NCBI GenBank assembly: GCA_964016885.1
Contig: OZ024759.1
Coordinates: 19,468,001-19,532,000 of the forward strand
Origin: Eledone cirrhosa
Lineage: Eukaryota
Direction of reading: 5' to 3'
Length of the DNA stretch: 64,000 bases
Shown here: piece by piece, positions 1-11,264 of the stretch
Numbering within the stretch: the stretch's first letter is position 1
Layout of the letters: each line of letters begins with the position of its first letter
Position numbers and translations under genes: made by a program
Notes under the pieces: generated by a model
Seen by the model: only the letters and a program-made list of their open reading frames with translations
Database searches by the model: none
What the model was told of the DNA's origin: nothing

Positions 1-325
1 TACCGATACTGCCAATCCACCGTCCTTACAATAACAATAATAATAATAATAATAGCAACAACAACAATAATAGCAACAGCAGCAGCAACTCCAGCAGCAA
101 CACCACCACCAACAACAACAACACCACCAACAACAACAACAATAGCTGTATTGAAAGCAACAGTAGCCATAAGTGCTTGTATTCTTAGAAAATTAGCTGC
201 ATTATCCATTAGAGTGCTGATTCCTTCATCCCACCTCCATCTTCCCATCTCCCACTCTGATGACCTGTATAACATAACATAAGCATATGTAAGTAGAATA
301 AAGCCACCCCTCATGGCTGTACATT

Positions 326-669
326 TCATCATCATCATTTCATTTTACGTCCGCTTTTCCCTGCTTGCAAGGGTGAGACGGGAACTGATTCTGGCTTGAT
401 TTCTACAGCTGGATGCCCTTCCTAACACCAACCTCATTTACAGTGAGTGCTGGGTGATTTTTTTTGCCGTGGCACCTCCACGACAACTTCTCAGTGGAAT
501 GATAGGGACCCCAGTCCCTATCATCTCATTTCTACAGCTGAGTAAGCTGGAGCAATGTGAAATAAAGTGTCTTGCTCAAGGAAACAACGCATCACCCGGT
601 CTGAGAATTGAACTCACAACCTTTCGATTGCAAGGCCAATGCTCTAACCACTAAGCCATGTGCCTCCAT
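326..669 (-). mobile_element. tRNA-derived SINE family B (tRNA head, CORE-like body, RTE-like 3' part, (ATG)n tail), full length
   Basis: Reverse complement of the 31944-32291 copy: box A TGGCTTAGTGG, box B GAGTTCAATTC, CCTTGAGCAAGACACTT body, hairpin TGATAGGGAC-N4-GTCCCTATCA, (CAT)n tail on +. Confidence 0.9.
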
Positions 670-685
670 CGTAGATTCATAGTAA

Positions 686-1432
686 TACCGTATATGCCAG
701 CATACAAGTCAACATTTGGAGCCGAAAAGTATCTCTCCAAAGCCAGGGGTCGACTTCTCAGCCGAATATCAAAATGTGAACCCTTACCACTGACAGGTAA
801 ACAGTGAAACTGCTACCTAACACTCATCGTACACCACTTACCATCATAACTGAAGCAGCCCACCACAATTATTTTCTTCTGAATTTCATATTTGTTAAGT
901 TTATTTAACCCTTTAGCATTTAAACTGGCTGTATCCGGCCAGAATTCTCTCACCTTTTTCTGTTTAAACCGGCTGTAACTGGTCACTCACACTGATGTTA
1001 AGGTCTTGTTCTCAAAATAAATATTATCAAAATCTCATAGATTCAATATTATGTGAGATAATTATGTGAGATAAAGCCTTTACCACGAAAATACAATAGT
1101 ATATATAGAGTAATGTAAATGCTAAAGGATTAACGTAGAGATTATACTAATATAATGACTTGCCGTAGCTCATGGGTAGGTTGCCATAGGTTCCTTAAGG
1201 TTAGGCTAGGCTGGTTTACTCAATGAGTTAGAATTCACTTGCAACTGCAGTGTATTAGAAGTGACTTAGCCTTTAGAGCACCACTAAATTTTTTGAATTA
1301 TTTCCCTTGCAACCTCCTTATTTTTGGGAGATCGTCTTATCCGGCGAATATACACCTAAAGCTGAATTACACTTAAGAATTTTAGGAGTCGACTTATGCG
1401 CCGGATCGACTTGTACGTTGGCATATATGGTA
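686..1432. mobile_element. Non-autonomous Tc2/pogo-like DNA transposon relic containing a piggyBac-type MITE
   Basis: Imperfect ~25-bp TIRs TACCGTATATGCCAGCATACAAGTC and GACTTGTACGTTGGCATATATGGTA with terminal TA. CCGTA termini are typical of Tc2-group elements. Confidence 0.65.
905..1133. mobile_element. piggyBac-type MITE (~225 bp)
   Basis: TTAA-CCCTTTAGCATTTA ... TAAATGCTAAAGGA-TTAA; at least five further near-complete copies in the window. Confidence 0.8.
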
Positions 1433-1436
1433 ATTA

Positions 1437-1935
1437 TAAATAATAATTGTTTCTACGTTTGGCACAAGGCCAGCAATTACCCCACTACATTACTGGTACT
1501 TTATTTTATCGACCCCGTAAGGATGAAAGGCAAAGTTAACCTTGGCGGGATTTGAACTCAGAATGGCAAGGGCTGTAACTCTATGCGCCAAAGCATGGCG
1601 TCCGACCTTCTACCGATACTGCCATGGTTTCTGATTTATGTACAAGGCCAGCAATATTGTGAGGAGGGGAAAGGTGATTAAATTCACCCCAGTAGTACTT
1701 TATTTCTCTGATGCTCTACCGGTACTGCCAATCTAATAATAATAATTGCTTCTACTTTAGGCACAAGGCCAGCAATTACCCAGTGCATTACTGGTACTTT
1801 ATTTTATCGACCCCGTAAGGATGAAAGGCAAAGTCAACCTTGGCGGGATTTGAACTCAGATCGTAAAGGGACGTAACTATGCTGGAAAGCATGGCGTCCG
1901 ACCCTCTACCGATACTGCCAATCCACCGCCCTTCT
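1437..1935 (-). mobile_element. Cluster of tRNA-derived SINE family A (two near-full copies plus tail fragments; another head at 1-28)
   Basis: Reverse complement of GGCGGTGGATTGGCAGTATCGG (box A) ... GAGTTCAAATCC (box B) ... GCCTTTCATCCTTACGGGGTCGATAAAATAAAGTACCAG ... GGCCTTGTGCC, with (ATT)n tail. Confidence 0.88.
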
Positions 1936-2011
1936 AATAATAATAATGGTTTCTGATTTAGGCACAAGGAGGAAAGTTGATTAATTTTTTATCCACTTCT
2001 CCATATTGAAA

Positions 2012-2370
2012 CATCATCATCATTTTACGTCCGCTTTTCCCTGCTTGCAAGGGTGAGACGGGAACTGATTCTGGCTTGATTTCTACAGCTGGATGCCCTT
2101 CCTAACACCAACCTCATTTACAGTGTGGGCTGGGTGCTTTTTTTTTTCCGTGGTGCCTACATGTCCACTTTACAGTGTGGGCTGGGTGCTTTTTTTTTCC
2201 GTGGCGCCTACATGTCCACTTTACAGTGTGGGCTGGGTGCTTTTTTGCTGTGGCACCTCCACGACCACTTTGCAGTGGAATGATAGGGACCCCAGTCCCT
2301 ATCATCTCATTTCTACAGCTGAGTGAACTGGAGCAATGTGAAATAAAGTGTCTTGCTCAAGGAAACAACA
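2012..2370 (-). mobile_element. SINE family B, 5'-truncated, with internal triplication of a ~50-bp module
   Basis: Matches the 326-669 copy; TTACAGTGTGGGCTGGGTGCTTTTT occurs three times at 2118-2246. Confidence 0.85.
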
Positions 2371-3133
2371 AATCCCATATATATATATATATATATAAGT
2401 GATAACAGGATATAGTTATAGGTAATCCAGTTAGAGGTTGTGAATACTTCGTATTGTGGATAGTTTTAGCGTAGAGCGTTGTTTGACTCAACAAGAGGTT
2501 TCCATTGGTGGCGAGTTTGAGTTCTCTTGCATTCCTATGTAAGTTTATCTTGGAGTAATAATATTGAAAGAGTGAAGAATAATATTTTAACAGCTTTTCT
2601 GATGATCTGGTTAAGCTAACAACGTATTTAAAATTGAGTGGCACAGCTTCAAGTGTTCAGCAATTTTTAGGCAACTTAATCAGTGAAACAATTGTTAATA
2701 CTATAAATAAAACCCTTTTTGTACAGTTGACTGTGTTATTCTTCACTCTTTCAATATATATATATGTATATATATATAAAAGCAAGTATTGCACCAAGAA
2801 AATATAGACTTCAGCAAAAAATGAGAGTAAGAATTTATTGGCTTTAACATATGTTTCTGAGTCAGTTATAATAGTCAACATATGCTGACTACAATATATA
2901 TTGTTCAATCATATAATATACTTAATTATTTTTCAATCATCTTCAGAAACCTTAAAATTATTTATGATAGTGTCTTTCCAGCATTTATCGTCCATCTTCC
3001 ACGTTAGCATGGGTTAGAAAAGATTGTCCCACTTGAGGCAAGATTGGTCAGGTGACTGTGTCTTGCTCGTATAGAACTGTATCTGGCAGGTTTTCTATGG
3101 CTGGATGCCCTTCCTAACACCAACCACATTTAC

Positions 3134-3182
<49 letters not shown>

Positions 3183-3629
3183 GCAAACCTAGCCACTAAA
3201 GATATATATGTTTCTTAATTTGGACAGAAACTGTTGTCAGCTGCCAATCTCGTATAAAGGTTAACATATTTGGCTGGGATTCAACAAATAAAGAGTTTGG
3301 TTGATTGTAGTGGCTGCTGGGCCACTTATTTTCTGTCTTTAAGGGTATTTTGCCTGATTTCATAACCCTACTATAAGTGCCCAAGAAGTGCTTTATGTTA
3401 ATACTGGGCCCCTATGATTCCACCATGAGCTATGGGTACATACAATACCATACTATATGCTAGCGTGGAAACTGAACATTAAATGGTAAGGATGATGATA
3501 TTGTGAATGTGTGTTTAGATTTCAACATTTTATATATATATATATAATTTTCCAAGAGATATCAACATGAATGGACCTGTTATGTTTATCTAAAGACATT
3601 TTTTTCCAATTCCAGCCCGCCTGTCTCTT

Positions 3630-3772
3630 CAATCTATCTTATTTCTCATTCTTTCTTCTGATGAAGGACTAGCGTCTGAAACGTTAAGACCCTCTTCCTG
3701 GTATTTCAAGCATTAACCTAATATATTCCTTCAATATACTGTACCAATTGTGTTGTTATTTCTGTTTACCTT
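3630..3772 (+). mobile_element. Penelope-like pLTR-type fragment with minimal hammerhead motif
   Basis: TCTT-CTGATGA-A-GGAC-TAGC-GTCT-GAAA-CG-TT-AAGA at 3654-3689; inverted sibling at 4305-4446. Confidence 0.65.
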
Positions 3773-4167
3773 TTACATACATATATATATATATATATAT
3801 ATACATATGAAAAATTTCAGGACCCCGACGGCTGAGCTCTGACCATTTCAACAGCTAGATACGTTGGGTCCTGAATTTTTTATATTACCCACTCTACTAC
3901 CCCAAGTATTGAGTACTCTGGTGAATAATGGTCTAACTGGTTCTTACTGCCTCCATTCTGATATATTCAGAATCTGCCAATAAAATGTATACACACGTCA
4001 GGAAAAGAAAAACTTGTATAAATATTTAACTCCTTTAAATACCTCTATAAATACCGCTTTCAAAAGTTTGATCAAACTATGTTAACACTGTATACTGAAG
4101 TAAATTAATATTGAAGTATTTATACAAATCTTTCTTTTCCTGAAGTGTGTATACATTGTTTTGGCAG

Positions 4168-4205
<38 letters not shown>

Positions 4206-4264
4206 ACCTTTTCAGCTACACCTTTCCAGTTTTTATATTTGAAAACAAATTTCTTGAGGTATGC

Positions 4265-4310
<46 letters not shown>

Positions 4311-4387
4311 AACAGAAATAACAACACAATCAGTACAGTATATGGAAGGTATATATTAGGTTAACGCTTGATATAGCAGGAAGAGGG

Positions 4388-4423
4388 TCTTAACGTTTCG
4401 GACGCTAGTCCTTCATCAGAAGA
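4388..4423 (-). ncRNA. Minimal type I hammerhead ribozyme motif (Penelope-like type)
   Basis: Minus strand reads TCTT-CTGATGA-A-GGAC-TAGC-GTCC-GAAA-CG-TT-AAGA: intact core, 4-bp stems I and II, palindromic AACGTT stem III region. Confidence 0.75.
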
Positions 4424-4475
4424 AAGAATGAGAAATAAAATAGATTATGGGGATGGGTATGTCACAAACTTTGTA

Positions 4476-4532
4476 TTTTATCTGATGACAGCATACCAAA
4501 GTTTTGGTACGCTTGAAATATGTATAATAGAA
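4476..4532 (+). ncRNA. Minimal hammerhead motif, second family
   Basis: TTTTAT-CTGATGA-long stem II (AGCATACCAAA/TTTGGTACGCT)-GAAA-TATGTA-TA-ATAGAA; relatives at 7706-7766(-) and 28336-28398(-). Confidence 0.55.
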
Positions 4533-4592
4533 TAATATGGTTTTATAAAGATAGTTTCCATTTATTAATATCATTGATATATATATATATAC

Positions 4593-5752
4593 ATCATCAT
4601 CATCATCATCATCACCGTTTTACGTCCGTTCTTCTACGCTAGCATGGGTTAGACGGGTTGTCCTGTTGTGGGCAGTGTCTGGTCGGCTGACCATGCCTTG
4701 CTCATACAGGAACTGATCTGGCTTGATTTCTACAGTTGGATGCCCTTCCTAACACCAACCTCATTTACAGTGAGTGCTGGGTGCTTTTTCGTGGCGCCTA
4801 CACGTCCACTTTACAGTGTGGGCTGGGTGCTTTTTTTGCCGTGGCACCTCCACGACCACCTTGCGGTGGGGGGAGTATGGGCATATTGTTTATATGCTTC
4901 AGCATGTACCCATGGGAGGTCGGGTACCCTGTATTACTGCGTGACGCCAGAAGTCACGGTCGTGTGTCATTGTCTTTGAGAGGTGTAGTTGGGTAAGGTC
5001 GGCTTTTATCACCTCATCCCAAGTCATCTTGGGTCTCCCCACTCCGCGGTTTCCATCAACTTGTAGTGCTCTGCACCTTTTTATGCAGCTGTCATCCTTC
5101 ATACGCATCACATGTCCATACCAGCGTAACCGCCTCTCCTGCACGCAGCATTTGATTCCTCTTATGCTCAGTCTCTCTCTCAATTCCTTTATGCTTTGTC
5201 GTTCACGTATATTACTGTTACACATCCATCGGAGCATGCAGGCTTCGTTTCTCTCTAATCTACGTAAGTCTTCCACCTTCAGCGCCCAGGTCTCACTACC
5301 ATGCAACATCGCTGTTCGGATACACGCATCATACAGTCTGCCTTTCATTCTGAGGGAGATGCCTTTTGCAGCTAGCAGTGGTAGTAGTTCCCTAAACTTC
5401 TTCCATCCCGTTCTTACCCTAGTTATTGTACTTTCTGAGCACCCACCTCCGTTGCTAATTCGGTCACCTAGGTAGCAGAAGCTGTCTACTGTTTCTACAG
5501 GGCCTTCCCAGAGATTGGTGGTACTTGTTTCCTGTGGCTGTTTGCTTGCTGTTTCAGCACAGCTGCTGCATGTGAATCCTACATTCTTAATTAAGCTTCC
5601 TGAGATCCCGCTACATCTCTTGTGTACCCATTGTTTGCATTTGGGGCAGAGAATGGAGTTCCTACCTACACCTTTCCTACATACTGAGCAAGGCCATTTC
5701 CCTGAGGGGATCTGGGTTCTGTTTTCTCGTCTACTTACAAGGACCTTAGTCT
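4593..5752 (-). mobile_element. RTE-clade LINE, 5'-truncated young copy (PHD finger, RT C-terminus, 3'UTR, (ATG)n tail)
   Basis: ORF 4899-5840 from KTKVL onward is nearly identical to the 58857-60929 protein (six amino-acid differences by eye); same 3'UTR. Confidence 0.95.
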
Positions 5753-5838
5753 TACATACAAATATAAATACATACAAATATAAAATATATATACATATAT
5801 ATATTGTGTATATCATATATATATATATATATATACAC

Positions 5839-6438
5839 ACTACAGTCAGTAGGCATCTCTAACAAAATACACCCCGTCCCACTACCCCCACCCCATCCAC
5901 ACCACCCCTTTCAATGTAAAGTTATGTTGGTACCACAACATCCAGTCCGAAACAAATGAGGTCGTGTAGGTGTCACGACAAAAAAACACACAGTCCACGC
6001 TGTAATGTGGCCGTGTAGGCAACACGGTAAAAACCTCCCAGTCCCACACTGTAAATGTGGTTGGTGTTAGGAAGGGCATCCAGCTGTAGAAAACCCGCCA
6101 GACAGTCTACGCTGTAATGTGGCCGTGTAGGTAACACGGTAAAAACCTCCCAGCCCCACACTGTAAATGTGGTTGGTGTTAGGAAGGGCATCCAGCTGTA
6201 GAAAACCCGCCAGACAGTCCACGCTGTAATGTGGCCGTGTAGGTAACACGGTAAAAACCTCCCAGCTCCACACTGTAAACATGGTTGGTGTTAGGAAGGG
6301 CATCCAGCCGTAGAAAACCCGCCAGACACTCCTTTGCGAGCAAGACAACCACTCTTGCCTCAAGTGGGAAAACTCCCGTCCAAACCCATGCAAGCGTGGA
6401 ATATGGATGTTAAACGATGATGATGATGATGATGATGA
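5839..6438 (+). mobile_element. 3'UTR of RTE subfamily 2 with internal ~117-bp triplication
   Basis: Matches 49893-50258; module CAGTCCACGCTGTAATGTGGCCGTGTAGG...GAAGGGCATCCAGC occurs three times; (GAT)n tail. Confidence 0.85.
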
Positions 6439-6710
6439 CACACACGCACATATAATTGAAAGGGAAGAAATCCACCTGTGTTTTAACAAGGTGTGTTAAA
6501 GCTTGATGTGTTGTTCAGGGTGTAATCTATTGGGTGTGGTGCTGGGAGTTGAAGACTGTGGAATATCACAGAGCATAAATATTCATTTGGTATTGATTTT
6601 AACTGACTGAAGCCTTTGGTTACTTCCTTTTAAATGAAAAGTATATATATAGTCACTTATATGTTATGGAATACTGTTAGCTTCTCGCTACAACAATTTC
6701 TATACTTTTC

Positions 6711-6740
<30 letters not shown>

Positions 6741-6745
<5 letters not shown>

Positions 6746-6935
6746 AACGAGTGGGACCCCGACGGCTGAGCTCAAGCCGTTTCGACGGCTAATTCTGGAC
6801 TGAATTAGCCGTCGAAACGGCTTGAGCTCAGCCGTCGGGGTCCCACTCGTTCCTATTACCCACTCTACTACCGTAAGTATTGAGTACTTTGGTGCGTTAT
6901 GGTCCCCCTGGTTCCTTACCACATTTCCTTCGTTA
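6741..6935. mobile_element. Palindromic non-autonomous element embedded in (TA)n, class unassigned
   Basis: 55-bp perfect arms 6741-6795 and 6802-6856 plus a unique tail; relatives at ~3808-3960, ~7520-7630, ~44589-44645, ~48950-49020 and ~53050-53250. Confidence 0.7.
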
Positions 6936-7279
6936 TATATATATATAATATATATATGTTTGTGTGAGTATGTGTGTGTGTGTATATATATAGATGTGTG
7001 AGTGTGTGTGTGTGTGTATATATAGATGTGTGTGTGTGTGTGTGTATATGTCTAGATATGTGTGTTTGTGTGTGTGGATATATATATATATATAGATATA
7101 TGTTTGTGTGCGTGTGTATGTATATATAGATATGTTTGTGTGCGTGTGTATGTATATATAGATATGTTTGCGTGCGTGTGTATGTATGTGTATATATATA
7201 TATGTGTTTGTGTGTGTGTGTATATATATATGTATATGTGCGTGTGTGTATATATAGATATATCATAGATAGATATGTT

Positions 7280-7310
<31 letters not shown>

Positions 7311-7500
7311 GTGTGTGTGTGTATATATATATAGATAGATAGATATGTTTGTGTGTGTATATATATATATGTGTATGTGTGTGTGTATATATATATATAT
7401 ATAGATAGATATGTTTGTGTGTGTGTATATATATATATATGTGTATGTGTGTGTGTGTGTGTATATATATATATAGAGAGATAGATGTTTGTGTGTATGT
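6935..7500. repeat. Compound (TA)n/(TG)n microsatellite
   Basis: Direct inspection. Confidence 0.95.
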
Positions 7501-8222
7501 ATGAACTAGCTGTTGAAACAGCAAGAGCTCAGCTGTTGGGTCCTGACTCTTTATAATATAGCCATACTCGACTATTCCAAGTATTAAGTACTCTGGTGAG
7601 TAATTGTATAATTAGTTTTAAACTGGTTCTATCCTGATTTATATATCAATATATATAATCAATGATATTAAATAAATGGAAACTATATTTATAAAACCAT
7701 ATTTATTTTATTATATATATTTCAAGGGTAACCAAGACAACATTGGTACGGTTTCATCAGATAAATTACAAAGTTTGTTTTATAAATAGAGACATACCCA
7801 TGAAAATCATACCTTATCGGTTGGAAATTCACTGTATAGTGGAAATATATTAGGGATTATTCAAACTTATGTAATGTTTGTCGGACTTCCAACAAATTAA
7901 ATACCACTTCTACTTATATATATATATACTTGAAGATGGCCAACCGAACTAGAAACTGCTAAATGTGTGACCGCCTTCTTGTCTCTCTGCCTTTTCGGCC
8001 CCATGGATTATATTTCTTTGTTAAATTTCGAATACCTGATGATGTCACCGGATTCATACTGAACCCAGTCATTGAAATGTTCATAGTATAATAAACCTTT
8101 AAGTAATTACACCAGTCCAGCCTCCTGTTATTTTATAATATATATATATATTATAAGTTTCAGAAGATCCCGTTAAGGGTGAAAGCAGCGATTCTTTGCT
8201 TGAACTTTAATCTGTTATTTTA

Positions 8223-8270
<48 letters not shown>

Positions 8271-8275
8271 TGAAA

Positions 8276-9020
8276 ATTGACAGTTGAAAATTGCAAACTT
8301 GACTGTCACCACTGAATATGAACCTGAAGATTGCGAAAGCATGAAAGTACTTGTTTTATTTTGTGTCTCTCCTTTGTTCTATCCTATACCATCTTGTTGT
8401 GTGTTGTCTGTTGTGTGCTTAGTTTGCGCATGCGTTACATCAAGGTGTGTGTGTTTTTTTATTTATTTATGTGTTTATTTACTTGTCACTAGTTGTTTGT
8501 TTGTTCTATCTGTGTGTGTCTGATCTGTTTGTTAGTTTGGTTTTTGTGCATCTCTGTATGTCTTCATTTTGTCCTTAATTACTAGTTGTGATTTCGCTAT
8601 TCCACTCATGTTTTCTGTTTAATTTTGGTTGGAGTTTGTTTATGTCTGTCGCCTCTGTGATTTATCTGAGCATTGCATCTTTTCTGTGTGTGGATATAAT
8701 TTTTATCTCTGTTCTATTTATCCCAATGTTCTATTTTTGAATGTTGGTGGTATACTGATGAGTTTTTCCCATCCTGGAGTTCTCTCCAGTGTTCACTTAT
8801 CCTTTCTCCTATGTTACGGGCTGTTTCACCTATGTATGTTATATTCTTATTCCTACACTGTCCCTCAGTACATCTTATCCTATATACTACATTCCTAGTT
8901 TTACAGTTAGTTTGCAGGGTTAGCTTGCGGACTATGCATTTCCTATCAGCACATGGGGATCTTTGAAATGGGTATGTTTTGCTAATTAGGGTTTTTATGG
9001 GAATACCTGGTATTCCCATA
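8276..9020 (-). mobile_element. Penelope-like element 3' relic with GIY-YIG endonuclease fragment
   Basis: ORF 8714-9019: NCKTRNVVYRIRC...YIGETARNIGERISEH...HQH is the PLE GIY-YIG signature with flanking Cys/His residues. Hammerhead-like motif at 8324-8352; 8353-8460 recurs at ~53593-53705. Confidence 0.85.
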
Positions 9021-9423
9021 AAAAACTCTAATTAACAAAATATGGATGCATGATAGTTATCATAGGGGGTTTGTATATCCCTATTTATCCTTTTAATTGA
9101 ATTCTGTGCAGGAACCACTTACCTAAGAACTGTCTGACAACTAAGTAAACATCTTGCTGAGTCAAACAATGCTGAACATTAGAACTATCTTTGATACAGA
9201 ATACTCCTAATCTCTACTTGGATTGTCATAAATGATACCTCGTTAACTTAAATATATATACATATATGAGATATACTTGTCTGGTCAGTGACTTGATCTG
9301 AGACTATCTTGATCTGAGACTACCTATAACATTTCAAAAGAGTCATTTTAGTCATTAACAAAACACAAAAAAGCTGTTAAATTTAATTTCCATTCATGAT
9401 TTATTTCTTGGTGTCAGAATAAT

Positions 9424-9891
9424 TGTTGCACTCTTTGTGAACTAATGACTAGTTACTGGCACACTGACAAAGGAAGGACACTAGGGTCAGTGTACTCCTA
9501 GATAAACGTGGCCAAATGCTTAAGAAATTCTCTCTGTAATCATTAGATCTCAGGTTCAATTCTACTCTATGGGATCTTGGGAAAGTGTCATTTATTATAA
9601 CCTCAGGTACAACCCATGTGTTGTATGTGTGTGTATGTATGTATGTATGTATGTATGTATGTATGTATGTATGTATGTGTATGTATATGTGTATGTTGCA
9701 CTCTTTGTGAACTAATGACTAGTTACTGGCACACTGACAAAGGAAGGACACTAGAGTCAGTGTACTCCTAGATAAACGTGGCCAAATGCTTAAGAAATTC
9801 TCTCTGTAATCATTAGATCCCAGGTTCAATTCTACTCTATGGGATCTTGGGAAAGTGTCATTTGTTATAACCTCAGGTACAACCCATGTGT

Positions 9892-9894
<3 letters not shown>
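9424..9894 (+). repeat. Direct duplication of a ~200-bp segment (271-bp period) separated by (GTAT)n; contains a decayed tRNA-SINE head
   Basis: GTTGCACTCTTTGTGAAC...CCCATGTGTTGT at 9424 and 9695, near identical. Confidence 0.9.
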
Positions 9895-9924
<30 letters not shown>

Positions 9925-11058
9925 ATGTATGTATCTATGTATGTATGTGTATGTGTGTATGTATGTGTGCGTGTCTGTATGTCTGTATGTATGTATATAT
10001 GTATGGGTGTGTGTGTATTGTGTGCGTATTGTGTGTGTATTATATGTATGTGTGCATGTCTATGTGTATATATATGTATTGGTGTATAGGTATGTATATG
10101 TGTATGAATGTATGTATGGGTGAATATGTATATATATATAAAAATATATATATATATGTATGTATTATATATATTTATTATACAACATTTGGTTGATGGA
10201 AGCTGTTTGGAAGTCCGTCTGATAGACTGTTTCTCACGCATGTTTCTCACACAAAGACAAATCATACACCTGAAGAAGTCTCCTTTTTCCACTCTCTGAC
10301 GAGGCTTGTTTGACTTTAATAGAACATGCTCCTAGTCCAGGTAGCACTCCCTTCTAAGTGGTGTCCATGGCACCTGCTATGCTTGCCATACCCTAGTTAT
10401 GCATCTGGTTACAGGGTACATTTATCTGTGGAATGCTCAGTCACTTGCATGATAATTTCAGGAACAAGCTGTTCCATGGCAATCATTAGAGCAGTAAAGA
10501 CACACACACTGGTATTCCCTTACACACAAATATACACACATACACACATACCTTCGCATACACACATACCTTCGCATACACACATACCTTCGCATACACA
10601 CATACCTTCGCATACACACATTCTCCTTCTCACACACACACACACACATACATACATACATACATACATACATACACAGACATCCCCTCACATGCATATA
10701 CACACCAACATTCCCTTACACACACACTGACATTTCCTCATATACAAATACACACACACTCACACACACATACAAGTATTCCCTCACACGTACATATACA
10801 CACACTGAAATTTCCTCACACACACATACCAACATTTCCTCACACATACCGTCATTCTCTTGAACCACACATCGGTTTACCGTAATTCCTTTTATTGATT
10901 AACAAATTATGCAATCAGCACCTGATGATATTGTCAGCGTCTTAAATAACCATGCCTGTTTAATATAAATATATATTGTGTTTTTTGCAACAAGAACCCT
11001 TTAAAGGGATACCACCAGTCCAGCTTCTTGATTTAATCAAATTAATTTATACGTATGT

Positions 11059-11260
11059 ATCATCATCATCATCATCATCACTGTTTTACGTCCATTTTTC
11101 CAACCTAGTATGGGTTGGACAGGTTGTCCTATTGTGGGTAATGCTAGGTCATGTGACCATGTCTTGCACAGAGAGAACTGATTTTGACTAGGTTTCTACA
11201 GCTGGATGCCCTTCCTTAACACCAACCTCATTTAAAGAGTGGACTGGGTGCTTTTTGTCA
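11059..11260 (-). mobile_element. RTE LINE 3'UTR/tail fragment
   Basis: (CAT)n, TTTTACGTCC..., CTACAGCTGGATGCCCTTCC...ACACCAACC; similar fragments at ~2975-3135 and ~51535-52030. Confidence 0.75.
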
Positions 11261-11264
11261 TGTC

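Noticed and set aside
2357-2644. 95-aa minus ORF in non-simple sequence, with weak similarity to 9150-9190
   Set aside because: No recognisable domain; probably an old repeat and cannot be assigned.
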